DNA of 64,000 bases from a virus: the IMG/VR virus record IMGVR_UViG_3300040959_000809. One strand, 5' to 3'. The notes beneath the pieces were generated by a model. It ran no database searches. It was not told the origin of the DNA and worked only from the letters and a program-made list of their open reading frames with translations. The translations under genes and the position numbers were made by a program. Positions 26,392-34,360 of the stretch are shown here, one piece after another. Position 1 is the first letter of the stretch. Each line of letters starts with the position of its first letter.

Positions 26392-28170
26392 ATGGCTTTT
26401 ACAGACAGAATTAAACAGTTAATGTCGTCTCATCTCGAGGCGGAACTAATGGAAGGTCTGAAACACGACCGTTATATGCGTGCTCACGGTAAAAAAGCTA
26501 AAGGCACCGCAACATGGATGTTTACCACCAAAAAAGATGGTGAAGTAAACTACGATAACGATAAGGAAGTTTTCCAATCCGGTCCATCTATGAAACTTGC
26601 AGATGCTGCCAAAAAAGCAATGGATGCTCTTAAATCAAAAACAATTTATGTAATGGAAGCTAAATTAGATCCAGTTGGCAAAGAAGATGATGATGTGGAC
26701 AATGACGGTGATGTAGATAAATCCGATAAGTATCTTAAAAAGCGCCGGGCCGCAATCAAAAAGGCTATTAATACAAAACCAGCAATGAAAGAGGCAGCTA
26801 AAAAGCAAAAAGCAAAACTACTGCCCGTCAAAGGTTCTGTAGATGATGCAAATGATGTGGCACAAAAGGCAACTGGCGAATCTGTTAATGAAGCGGCAAC
26901 ACCTCAAATGATGAAAGCCGCAAAAGAACTTGAAATGTACGCAAAGAAACACGGTGGGATTGATAAAACAGACTTTATGAAAGCCTCAAAGATGTTGGCA
27001 TCCGGTAAAGCCGGAACAAACCTTGTTAAATTTGTAGACGGACTTGACACAGATCCTCGTGAAAAGGTTATTACAGTTATGGGAACCCACATGGGTAATA
27101 AAACTGTTGGAAAAATGTTTGGTGTTAACATCCGTGAAGAAGTAGAATTAGACGAAGATCGTAGAACGGAACTTAGTCATCAATCAATGATGTTTACTCA
27201 TGCAATGAAACAAGCTGAATTTAAAAAGAAAGATCCGAGACTCGCAAAACAGCATGATATGGCTGGCAAGTTGCATGCTAAAGCGGCAGATATGCACGCT
27301 GATAACCATCCAGATGCAAAAAAGCATTCAGATAAAGCAAATAAAGCATCAAAGCTATTAGGCGAAGAAGTAGAACTTGATGAAACTTTATCACCATCTG
27401 AAAAGAAACTTGTCAATCAAATGTATGATAAGAAAGGTAACCTGACACCACTTGGTAAAAAGGTTATGAACCACGGTAAAAAGCCTGGTGATAACATCCG
27501 TGAGGAAACTGAACAGCTTGATGAATCAACTCAAATGATGGAAAATCTAGCTGATGCGATTGATAATACAGATTTGGCTAAACTCACAGTAGAAGAGTTA
27601 TCTGAAATCGAAGAAGGTATTATTAAGGCGCTAGGTGTTGCCGCCAAAAAGACTGTAGGTGGTGTCGCTAAGGGTGTAGGTGCTGTCGCTAAGGGTGTTG
27701 GTAAGGCAGCTAAATCCGCAGTCATTAATAAACAAGGTAATATCCGTGGTACACAAGCGGCTAAAACTGACGCACAGACTAACAAGGCTAATAAAATTGC
27801 TGATAAATTGCAACGAAATAAAGATGCGGCCGATAGATTAAAAGCGGCTCAGGACAGAATTAAATCTCTTTCCTCTAAGCCTAAGAAACCATTAGCGGCA
27901 AGTTATAATGAGGACCTAAACGAAATCGGAAGTAACTTTGAAACAAAACCGAATGAAAAGAAACTTGCTGACCTAGGCCGTAAAATGATGGATATGGGTC
28001 AAAAGGAAAAGAATGATACTCTTTCAAATGCATATGCCAGACTTGGTGACGCGTTGACAAGATATGGTACCACATTTGGTGCCAGAAATATAAAAGATTT
28101 GGAAAAGAAAACTGGCATGAAACAAGCCATTATTATGGATCTTATGAAAAGAGCTGCGAAGCATAAGTAA
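26392..28170 (+). CDS. putative polyprotein of about 9 modules separated by prohead-protease-type linkers
   Basis: Linkers ELME, YVME, SVNE, NIREEVELDE, GEEVELDE, NIREETEQLDE, EIEE, DLNE. Confidence 0.75.
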   Translation: MAFTDRIKQLMSSHLEAELMEGLKHDRYMRAHGKKAKGTATWMFTTKKDGEVNYDNDKEVFQSGPSMKLADAAKKAMDALKSKTIYVMEAKLDPVGKEDDDVDNDGDVDKSDKYLKKRRAAIKKAINTKPAMKEAAKKQKAKLLPVKGSVDDANDVAQKATGESVNEAATPQMMKAAKELEMYAKKHGGIDKTDFMKASKMLASGKAGTNLVKFVDGLDTDPREKVITVMGTHMGNKTVGKMFGVNIREEVELDEDRRTELSHQSMMFTHAMKQAEFKKKDPRLAKQHDMAGKLHAKAADMHADNHPDAKKHSDKANKASKLLGEEVELDETLSPSEKKLVNQMYDKKGNLTPLGKKVMNHGKKPGDNIREETEQLDESTQMMENLADAIDNTDLAKLTVEELSEIEEGIIKALGVAAKKTVGGVAKGVGAVAKGVGKAAKSAVINKQGNIRGTQAAKTDAQTNKANKIADKLQRNKDAADRLKAAQDRIKSLSSKPKKPLAASYNEDLNEIGSNFETKPNEKKLADLGRKMMDMGQKEKNDTLSNAYARLGDALTRYGTTFGARNIKDLEKKTGMKQAIIMDLMKRAAKHK

Positions 28171-28209
28171 TAAATAATAGTAGTCATTACAAAATATAGG
28201 AGAACTAAA

Positions 28210-28497
28210 ATGGCTTTATGGGGAAAAACAGACGCCACGGGATCAATCCCAAAATGGCTAGAGGACGATGTAAATAACACAAACAAGTCAAATGATAAAG
28301 ACTTGTGTGTATTTTTGGACCTTGACGAAGCTCAGGTTGCAGGAAACAGAGACATTGGTTTGAAAACACCAGGTTGGAATATCTATACAACCTATGTGAA
28401 TGCCAATGGTGACACTCGTCGGATCATCGAGCCATTAGTTGCAATGAAAGTTTCTGCAGCTGATGCGGGTGATAACGACGCCATCGCAAATAGCTAA
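28210..28497 (+). CDS. hypothetical late protein
   Basis: MALWGK..., TPGW; aataaata late-like element at 28169; AGGAG SD. Confidence 0.65.
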   Translation: MALWGKTDATGSIPKWLEDDVNNTNKSNDKDLCVFLDLDEAQVAGNRDIGLKTPGWNIYTTYVNANGDTRRIIEPLVAMKVSAADAGDNDAIANS

Positions 28498-28513
28498 TAA
28501 CAGTTAATATATA

Positions 28514-28888
28514 ATGAAATTGACAGAATCAACTTTCGTAATGTTCGCTATGAAGTATTATGATAATCCTCAATGCTCAGATATTTCAGAGTTTGAGGAG
28601 GACCTAAAAAGATTTCAATATTTAAGAAAGCTTTTCGGGCGTTATCGTCAAGACGGAGATTTGAAAGAAAGGTTGATTATTAATCATTTGATAGTTATAT
28701 ACAACGTATTTGGTCCCTCCGCAACCAATATGTTGTTCATGAAGCTACACGAATACCATGAGTATTTATTGCCATTCGTCTCGTATTTAAATTTTATGCC
28801 AACGGTAGTATTGTACGAGGATACTGTTCTCCACAAGGACAGTATTGTTGGTGACGAATCGATTGTTGAAACACTTAAGGAACTCTAA
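28514..28888 (+). CDS. conserved T4-like hypothetical
   Basis: FAMKYYDNPQC, EDLKRFQYL..LF.RY, ERLIINH. Confidence 0.7.
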   Translation: MKLTESTFVMFAMKYYDNPQCSDISEFEEDLKRFQYLRKLFGRYRQDGDLKERLIINHLIVIYNVFGPSATNMLFMKLHEYHEYLLPFVSYLNFMPTVVLYEDTVLHKDSIVGDESIVETLKEL

Positions 28889-29269
28889 ATGGTAGTTGAT
28901 CTATTTTTAGTCTATCAGTTTATCAGAAGACTTGTAACTCCCTTCAATAAATGGGAGGCGTATGAGCTTGGGATAATTGATGATAAGGGAAACATCCTTC
29001 GAAAGAAAAGAGACCGCACTCCAGAAGAAAGAAGAAAATTCGGCGTGTTTGATATTATGATTTTAAAACTTAAAAAACTATTGGCAAAAATTCCAGGAGG
29101 TACTACCAAGTTAGCTTCCTATGCCACAGCCCTTTGGCTGATTAGAGAATGGAATCATTTCTCAAGCGAATCACTTCTTACAGAGGACGTATCCGAGGAT
29201 CAGATGGACGAATCAATTGATAACTTTATCAACGAGCGCCTGATCCCACTCTTAAATAAGGATACCTAG
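28889..29269 (+). CDS. conserved T4-like hypothetical
   Basis: YQFIRRLVTPF..WEAY.LGIID.KG. Confidence 0.7.
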   Translation: MVVDLFLVYQFIRRLVTPFNKWEAYELGIIDDKGNILRKKRDRTPEERRKFGVFDIMILKLKKLLAKIPGGTTKLASYATALWLIREWNHFSSESLLTEDVSEDQMDESIDNFINERLIPLLNKDT

Positions 29270-29271
29270 TT

Positions 29272-31209
29272 ATGCCATTACCAAGAAATAATTGGGGTAA
29301 CTCATGGCCGCTTGCAGTCGAAGCATGGGTACAAGAAGTCCTTGCAAATATTGTTGGTAACCCTTCATCTAACCAAAACATTCCTGAAACCAACCGAGGA
29401 AAACTCGACACTAATGGTGATGGTAACGTGAACCTCACTGATGTCATTACTCTGCTTAGAGTACAAACCGGACTGACTGAACCTAGCGATAATGTTGTTA
29501 GTGGTGAATTTTTAGCAAGACATGGCTATAATGTTCTTAGAAGAGGAAGATATTATAATACTGAGGTTGCAAACCAAACATATAATTTAGGATTTGAAGA
29601 AATTAACAACCCTGGCAATCCAGGCGTAGACGATCATCTAAGTACGGTTCATGGTGGAACAGCTATGAGTATGAATATGGTCCGAAAGGAATTTAAACTT
29701 AGGGATACGGATGTTGCAACTACCTCATCAGTAAGTGAATTCCGAGGTGCAGACCCCGGTATTCCAGCAAGTGGACAAGGATCATTTAAAGACTATTATG
29801 GTACATCTGGTAATGTTCTTGGTCTTATTGCATATGAAATTACCAGATCAGATAAGCAAAATAATGGCTACCAGACAGTTGTAATTGATAGCCCGTCCGA
29901 GTTTGTACCTGGGAACCCCAGTACCATGATGTGGAAAGGTGGGCAGGAAGTAGGATGGGGATATAGAATCTATATTGGTTATAAGAATGGTGATAGTGGT
30001 ACCGCCTGGAGAGGCGATTTTCAGATAGATGATATTAACCTACGTGCCAGCAACAACAACCGTGTAAAAACTTGGACCTTCTCCACTTCTAGCGAAGGCT
30101 GGACACAATTAGATGGCAGCGCGGATATTGGGCAAGCTTATAATGCCAGAGGTTTTAATGATGACATATATGATGTAATTAATGAACCAAATTGGATTAG
30201 TATCGGCAACGGCACTACTGCAGCACGATGGAATAGAGATTCTGGTGGTACTCCGTCAAACAGTACTGGTGTGGCCTCTGATGCTAATGATGCTGGTTCA
30301 TATTATTTGTATGCTGAAACAACCTCTCCAACTAACTATAGTGATAATTTCTGGATGAAATCTCCACTGCTTACTTATGATACTGGTGAATGGTCTAAAC
30401 TTGCTTGGCAGTGGGCTTGTTACTCACCAATCAGTGTAGGTCAGGACAATCAAGGAGCATATGCTGTTTATATAGTCGCCGAACCAGTGGTTTTTAAGCA
30501 ACCCATAGCCCAACAAATTGCTACTGGTGGATCATCGAACAGTACCACCGCAAGGCGCGCCAGATTCCCAATTGGATGGACATATCCTTCTGGTAGCTAT
30601 CACGTAGGTACTGGACCGACTGGTGTCTATAATTTTGGAAGAGTACCAGAAGGAACCGATTTTAGATTATATCTTAGATACCAAAATGGTGACGCTGGGA
30701 CCAGCTACCGTGGTGATTTTCAGGTAGGACAGATTCAGCTTTTGGATGGGACTGGTTCCAGTAAATATAATATAGGCTTTGGATCAGTTTGGTCTGGAAG
30801 TTCTCCAAAAGGTGGCCCATGGTATACATTTAGCAATAATACCTATCCAAATATTGTGAACTGGGAAGATACATTAGGTAAATGGTCGGCAATGGCTGAT
30901 GGAATTAGCAATACAACTAATTATCAATGGAATAAGAAAAGCGGTGGCACCCCATCTAGCCAAACCGGCGTAGACCCGCCTACTGGTTCATATGAACCTT
31001 ACATATATGCAGAAACTTCAGGTACTGGTGTGAGTCTTAATTATTATTGGACAAGATCAAGAGTATATACTGTGCCTACTGGAACCCAAAATGGGCAAGG
31101 TATTACCAATATGGACATTTGGTATTTTGCTTATGGTGATAATATCAAAAATGGGGCACTTGATGTTTTTGTAGAATTTGATAATCAATACAAACAGGAT
31201 ACATTCTAA
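29272..31209 (+). CDS. adhesin/fibre-like protein with dockerin/EF-hand-like N-domain and two MAM-like repeats
   Basis: DTNGDGNVNLTDVITLL; two copies of RGDFQ, W...SGGTPS..TG and Y.YAET. Confidence 0.65.
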   Translation: MPLPRNNWGNSWPLAVEAWVQEVLANIVGNPSSNQNIPETNRGKLDTNGDGNVNLTDVITLLRVQTGLTEPSDNVVSGEFLARHGYNVLRRGRYYNTEVANQTYNLGFEEINNPGNPGVDDHLSTVHGGTAMSMNMVRKEFKLRDTDVATTSSVSEFRGADPGIPASGQGSFKDYYGTSGNVLGLIAYEITRSDKQNNGYQTVVIDSPSEFVPGNPSTMMWKGGQEVGWGYRIYIGYKNGDSGTAWRGDFQIDDINLRASNNNRVKTWTFSTSSEGWTQLDGSADIGQAYNARGFNDDIYDVINEPNWISIGNGTTAARWNRDSGGTPSNSTGVASDANDAGSYYLYAETTSPTNYSDNFWMKSPLLTYDTGEWSKLAWQWACYSPISVGQDNQGAYAVYIVAEPVVFKQPIAQQIATGGSSNSTTARRARFPIGWTYPSGSYHVGTGPTGVYNFGRVPEGTDFRLYLRYQNGDAGTSYRGDFQVGQIQLLDGTGSSKYNIGFGSVWSGSSPKGGPWYTFSNNTYPNIVNWEDTLGKWSAMADGISNTTNYQWNKKSGGTPSSQTGVDPPTGSYEPYIYAETSGTGVSLNYYWTRSRVYTVPTGTQNGQGITNMDIWYFAYGDNIKNGALDVFVEFDNQYKQDTF

Positions 31210-31379
31210 TGAAAAAGATTAAAGTAGAAGAACCAGTAAATAATGTAGGCGGTGGAAATATTGCTGGTCTCGGTGTGGGTCCTCAAGGTGAACCTGGGGT
31301 AACACCAAAGCAACAGAAAAAATATAAAAAGAAAAATATTTTAAAATTTAAAGATTATTTGGAAGGAGATAAACCATGA
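31209..31379 (+). CDS. small protein (56 aa, below track cutoff)
   Basis: Own translation MKKIKVEEPVNNVGGGNIAGLGVGPQGEPGV...LKFKDYLEGDKP; coupled at both ends. Confidence 0.6.
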   Translation: MKKIKVEEPVNNVGGGNIAGLGVGPQGEPGVTPKQQKKYKKKNILKFKDYLEGDKP

Positions 31380-32233
31380 TCACATTAGAGCAATTCCAAG
31401 CAATGATTCCCAGAAATAAAGAGGCGGATGCTTGGTTTGAGGCAGCAACAGAACTTTTTGAGGCCTATGATATTAATACACCAAATAGAATCGCAGGGTT
31501 TATGGCACAATGTGCTCACGAATCCGCAGATTTTACTAGATTGGAAGAGAATCTTAATTATAGTGAAAAAGCACTCAATGGTGTCTTTGGTCGCTATTTT
31601 GGAAAAGGGAAAAGAGATGCTGCTGAGTATGCGCGCAATCCTGAAAAAATTGCAAACTATGTTTACCAAGATGAGTTCCGATCTAAGCGAGGAGCAATGG
31701 GTAATGTTAATGACGGCGACGGCTGGAGGTTCCGCGGACGCGGTATCAAGCAGCTCACTGGCCGTAACAATTACACGGCATTTGGAAAAACGGTCGGAAT
31801 GTCAGCAGAAGAAGCAGCCGATTATGTAGCAACACCAAAAGGTGCTATTGAATCCGCATGCTGGTTCTGGAAAACAAACAAACTTGAAAAATGGGCTGAT
31901 AAAGGTGACAATGTAGGGTTGACAAAAAAGATCAATGGTGGTACTATTGGATTAGATGATCGTAACCGTCGTTGGGAGGAAGCACTGGCAATTCTAGGAG
32001 GAGAAGTTCCTATTCCTACTCCTACCGCAGCACCAAAGGCTACAGGTGCAAGAACTCTCCGTAAAGGTATGAAAGGTGATGATGTCGCCAAAATGCAAAA
32101 GGCTATTGGTGTAGGTGCTGATGGTGATTTTGGCTTTGGTACACTAACTGCAGTTAAAAAATGGCAGTCATCTAATGGACTTACGGCTGATGGTATTGTA
32201 GGACCGGCAACACAAGCTAAAATGTTCAGTTGA
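31376..32233 (+). CDS. endolysin: glycoside hydrolase family 19 plus C-terminal peptidoglycan-binding domain
   Basis: AQCAHES, RGRGIKQLTGRNNY, INGG.IGL.DR; LRKG...ADGDFG...ADGIVGPAT. Confidence 0.9.
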   Translation: MITLEQFQAMIPRNKEADAWFEAATELFEAYDINTPNRIAGFMAQCAHESADFTRLEENLNYSEKALNGVFGRYFGKGKRDAAEYARNPEKIANYVYQDEFRSKRGAMGNVNDGDGWRFRGRGIKQLTGRNNYTAFGKTVGMSAEEAADYVATPKGAIESACWFWKTNKLEKWADKGDNVGLTKKINGGTIGLDDRNRRWEEALAILGGEVPIPTPTAAPKATGARTLRKGMKGDDVAKMQKAIGVGADGDFGFGTLTAVKKWQSSNGLTADGIVGPATQAKMFS

Positions 32234-32241
32234 TATAAATA
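32234..32241 (+). promoter_or_regulatory. T4-type late promoter
   Basis: Exact TATAAATA 28 nt before 32269. Confidence 0.75.
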
Positions 32242-32268
32242 GTTTTGATAAAAAAATAGGAGACATCG

Positions 32269-32718
32269 ATGTCGGTTGAAAAAATTATTAGATCCGCAAT
32301 AGAGGAAAAACCATTAGAGATGAAGGAAGCACTTGATTTAGAAATGAATCAACGTGTACATCTTGCTCTCGAGGGTTATAAAAAGAAAAAAATGGCCGAA
32401 AACGATGATGAGGCTGAAGGTGACAATGATACATGTGATCATTGTAACGGAACTGGCTATCATGAGAATGATGGTGAAAAGGTTAAATGCAAACCCTGTA
32501 AAGGGACCGGCAAAGTTTCAGATGACGACGATGATGACGATGATGACGATGATGATGAGCAAGATGTACAGGAATCAGACGAGTATGAAGCTGATAAAGT
32601 ACATATGTCCAGAGAATTGGCTAAAAGAGCTCGTGAACGTGGTGACTATAAAGTCGCACAAAAACATGACCGTGAACAGGAAAAGCATGCTATCCGCCAA
32701 CACGGCATACAAAAATAA
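32269..32718 (+). CDS. prohead-core-like (gp67-like) protein with DnaJ-type Zn finger and poly-Asp tract
   Basis: N-terminus similar to ORF 32731; CDHCNGTG...CKPCKGTG; run of Asp codons at about 32520-32556. Confidence 0.55.
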   Translation: MSVEKIIRSAIEEKPLEMKEALDLEMNQRVHLALEGYKKKKMAENDDEAEGDNDTCDHCNGTGYHENDGEKVKCKPCKGTGKVSDDDDDDDDDDDDEQDVQESDEYEADKVHMSRELAKRARERGDYKVAQKHDREQEKHAIRQHGIQK

Positions 32719-32730
32719 AAGGAAAATATT

Positions 32731-32955
32731 ATGTCAGTAGAAAATATGATTAAATCGGCGATTGACAGTAGCCCAGTTGATTTTCAAGATCAATTCGGTA
32801 CAATTATGGCAGATCGAGTAAAAGATGCTTTATCTGCTAAATATAATGAAATGTCTGCTGGTGCGGTAGAAATTGAACCAGAAGTTGAGGCGCCAGAAAT
32901 GGAAGCCTCAGCTGAAGTAGAGACCTCAAGCGATGAGGTGAACTCGGAGGTATAA
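32731..32955 (+). CDS. prohead-core-like (gp67-like) small acidic protein
   Basis: MSVENMIKSAI...F...MADRV..AL; acidic tail. Confidence 0.5.
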   Translation: MSVENMIKSAIDSSPVDFQDQFGTIMADRVKDALSAKYNEMSAGAVEIEPEVEAPEMEASAEVETSSDEVNSEV

Positions 32956-33465
32956 ATGTTTAGCGGTGTTAAAATCGCTTTTGTTTTTGTAATTTTGGCA
33001 ACAGCTGGAAGTGGTTACTTATACATTACAAAGCTTCAATCTGATTTACAAACAGCTAGAGCAAATGTGGCTAAAATGGAGGTTGCTGTGGCGACCGCAG
33101 AATCTAGTGTGAAGGCACTACAGGAAGATGCGGTCAAAATGGCAACTTTAAATCAAAAGCTAAATGCTGATCTTCAACAGGCTGAGGCCTATGGTGATGA
33201 CCTCAGATCAAAATTGAGTCGGCACAATCTTACAACTCTGGCATTGAAAGAGCCAGGTCAACTTGAAGGAAAGATGAATGGTGCGACAGCAAAATTATGG
33301 CGTAGGCTCGAAAAGGACACTGGCGGTCCTGGCGATACTCCTCTTCCTCCCTGGCTGCAGCGCCCTACTGCTGGGGAAACCGGAACCGGAAGTACAGGTA
33401 GTAACCCAAATCCAGAAAACGACAGTGCCGACGGTAGCGCGGCCGAAACCGATACGTCTAACTGA
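32956..33465 (+). CDS. inner-membrane spanin (Rz-like)
   Basis: N-terminal TM, long coiled coil, Pro-rich tail; overlaps a lipoprotein ORF. Confidence 0.75.
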   Translation: MFSGVKIAFVFVILATAGSGYLYITKLQSDLQTARANVAKMEVAVATAESSVKALQEDAVKMATLNQKLNADLQQAEAYGDDLRSKLSRHNLTTLALKEPGQLEGKMNGATAKLWRRLEKDTGGPGDTPLPPWLQRPTAGETGTGSTGSNPNPENDSADGSAAETDTSN

Positions 33466-33682
33466 TACACAATTATATGTAGTCAATAAAGATAACCTCG
33501 AGGAATTCTTAAAAGAGTTCGAAGAAAAAAATGGTAATGTAGCCTTTGTGGCATTTAGTGTAAAGGACTATGAGAATCTTTCATTAAATATTGCTGAGTT
33601 ACGCCGATATATTGGTCAACAAAAAGAAATTATAATTTATTATGAAAATGCAACCAGGCCAGAGCCTTCAACAAATAAATAG
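33278..33682 (+). CDS. outer-membrane spanin lipoprotein (Rz1-like)
   Basis: LLFLPGC lipobox, Pro-rich; overlaps Rz-like gene in another frame. Confidence 0.75.
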   Translation: MVRQQNYGVGSKRTLAVLAILLFLPGCSALLLGKPEPEVQVVTQIQKTTVPTVARPKPIRLTDTQLYVVNKDNLEEFLKEFEEKNGNVAFVAFSVKDYENLSLNIAELRRYIGQQKEIIIYYENATRPEPSTNK

Positions 33683-33712
33683 TAATATTAACCAGTATGA
33701 GGTATCATCCCG

Positions 33713-34210
33713 GTGGCAGAAGATAATAAAGACTTAAAAACGGACATTGCGCTGATTAAATCAGACATCAAACAGATTGAAAAATTTTTTAATAGGTTTG
33801 AAGCAGCAATCGAAACTATGTCAAATATCGGGCAGAAAGTGGCAGTTCAAAGTGAGATACTTAAAAATACTGCTGATAAGCTTGACGATATGGAAGATAG
33901 GATTGAGAATCACAAGAAGGAAGATATTGCTCGTGCCGCCGTCATGACTGATAGGCTGGAACAATATAGACTTTCATCAAAAGAAGACCACCAACGATTA
34001 TCAGATCTGAGTGCACAAAACAGAGAAAAACGTAATCAAGAAATTATGACTGAATTATCTAAATTAAATGGCAATTTAGAAAGAAAAATGGATAGTCTTT
34101 CTTCAAGGATTGGTAAACTTGAGAATTGGAAATACTATATGATGGGACTTGGAGCAGCCGTTTTGTTTATAGTAATTAAATTTATTGTTCCTACAATAAC
34201 TATTACTTAA
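33713..34210 (+). CDS. coiled-coil protein with C-terminal TM anchor
   Basis: GTG start after GAGG; hydrophobic C-terminus. Confidence 0.6.
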   Translation: MAEDNKDLKTDIALIKSDIKQIEKFFNRFEAAIETMSNIGQKVAVQSEILKNTADKLDDMEDRIENHKKEDIARAAVMTDRLEQYRLSSKEDHQRLSDLSAQNREKRNQEIMTELSKLNGNLERKMDSLSSRIGKLENWKYYMMGLGAAVLFIVIKFIVPTITIT

Positions 34211-34233
34211 TATTACCTTAAGGACATAGTCCT

Positions 34234-34262
34234 ATTATATCAAACACCCAACCAACTGTCAA
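34234..34262 (-). promoter_or_regulatory. perfect-consensus sigma70 promoter, antisense to lysis/late genes
   Basis: Reverse strand reads TTGACA-gttggttgggtgtttga(17)-TATAAT. Confidence 0.75.
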
Positions 34263-34295
34263 CAACTAATTTGTAAAAAAATATAAAAAAAATGG

Positions 34296-34324
34296 TTGAC
34301 TTTTTAGTCAGCCTGTTTTATTAT
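34296..34324 (+). promoter_or_regulatory. early-type promoter for primase
   Basis: A-tract, atgg TTGACT-N17-TATTAT. Confidence 0.75.
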
Positions 34325-34360
34325 GTATAGTATCCTCGATGAAAAAAGGTATTATTTGAA

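Noticed and set aside
27658-27702. 21-bp tandem repeat (GVAKGVG/AVAKGVG)
   Set aside because: A simple two-copy coding duplication within a polyprotein module, with no further structure
32354-32740. 128-aa plus-strand ORF rich in Met/Thr
   Set aside because: Alternate-frame reading of the gat/gac poly-Asp repeat in ORF 32269
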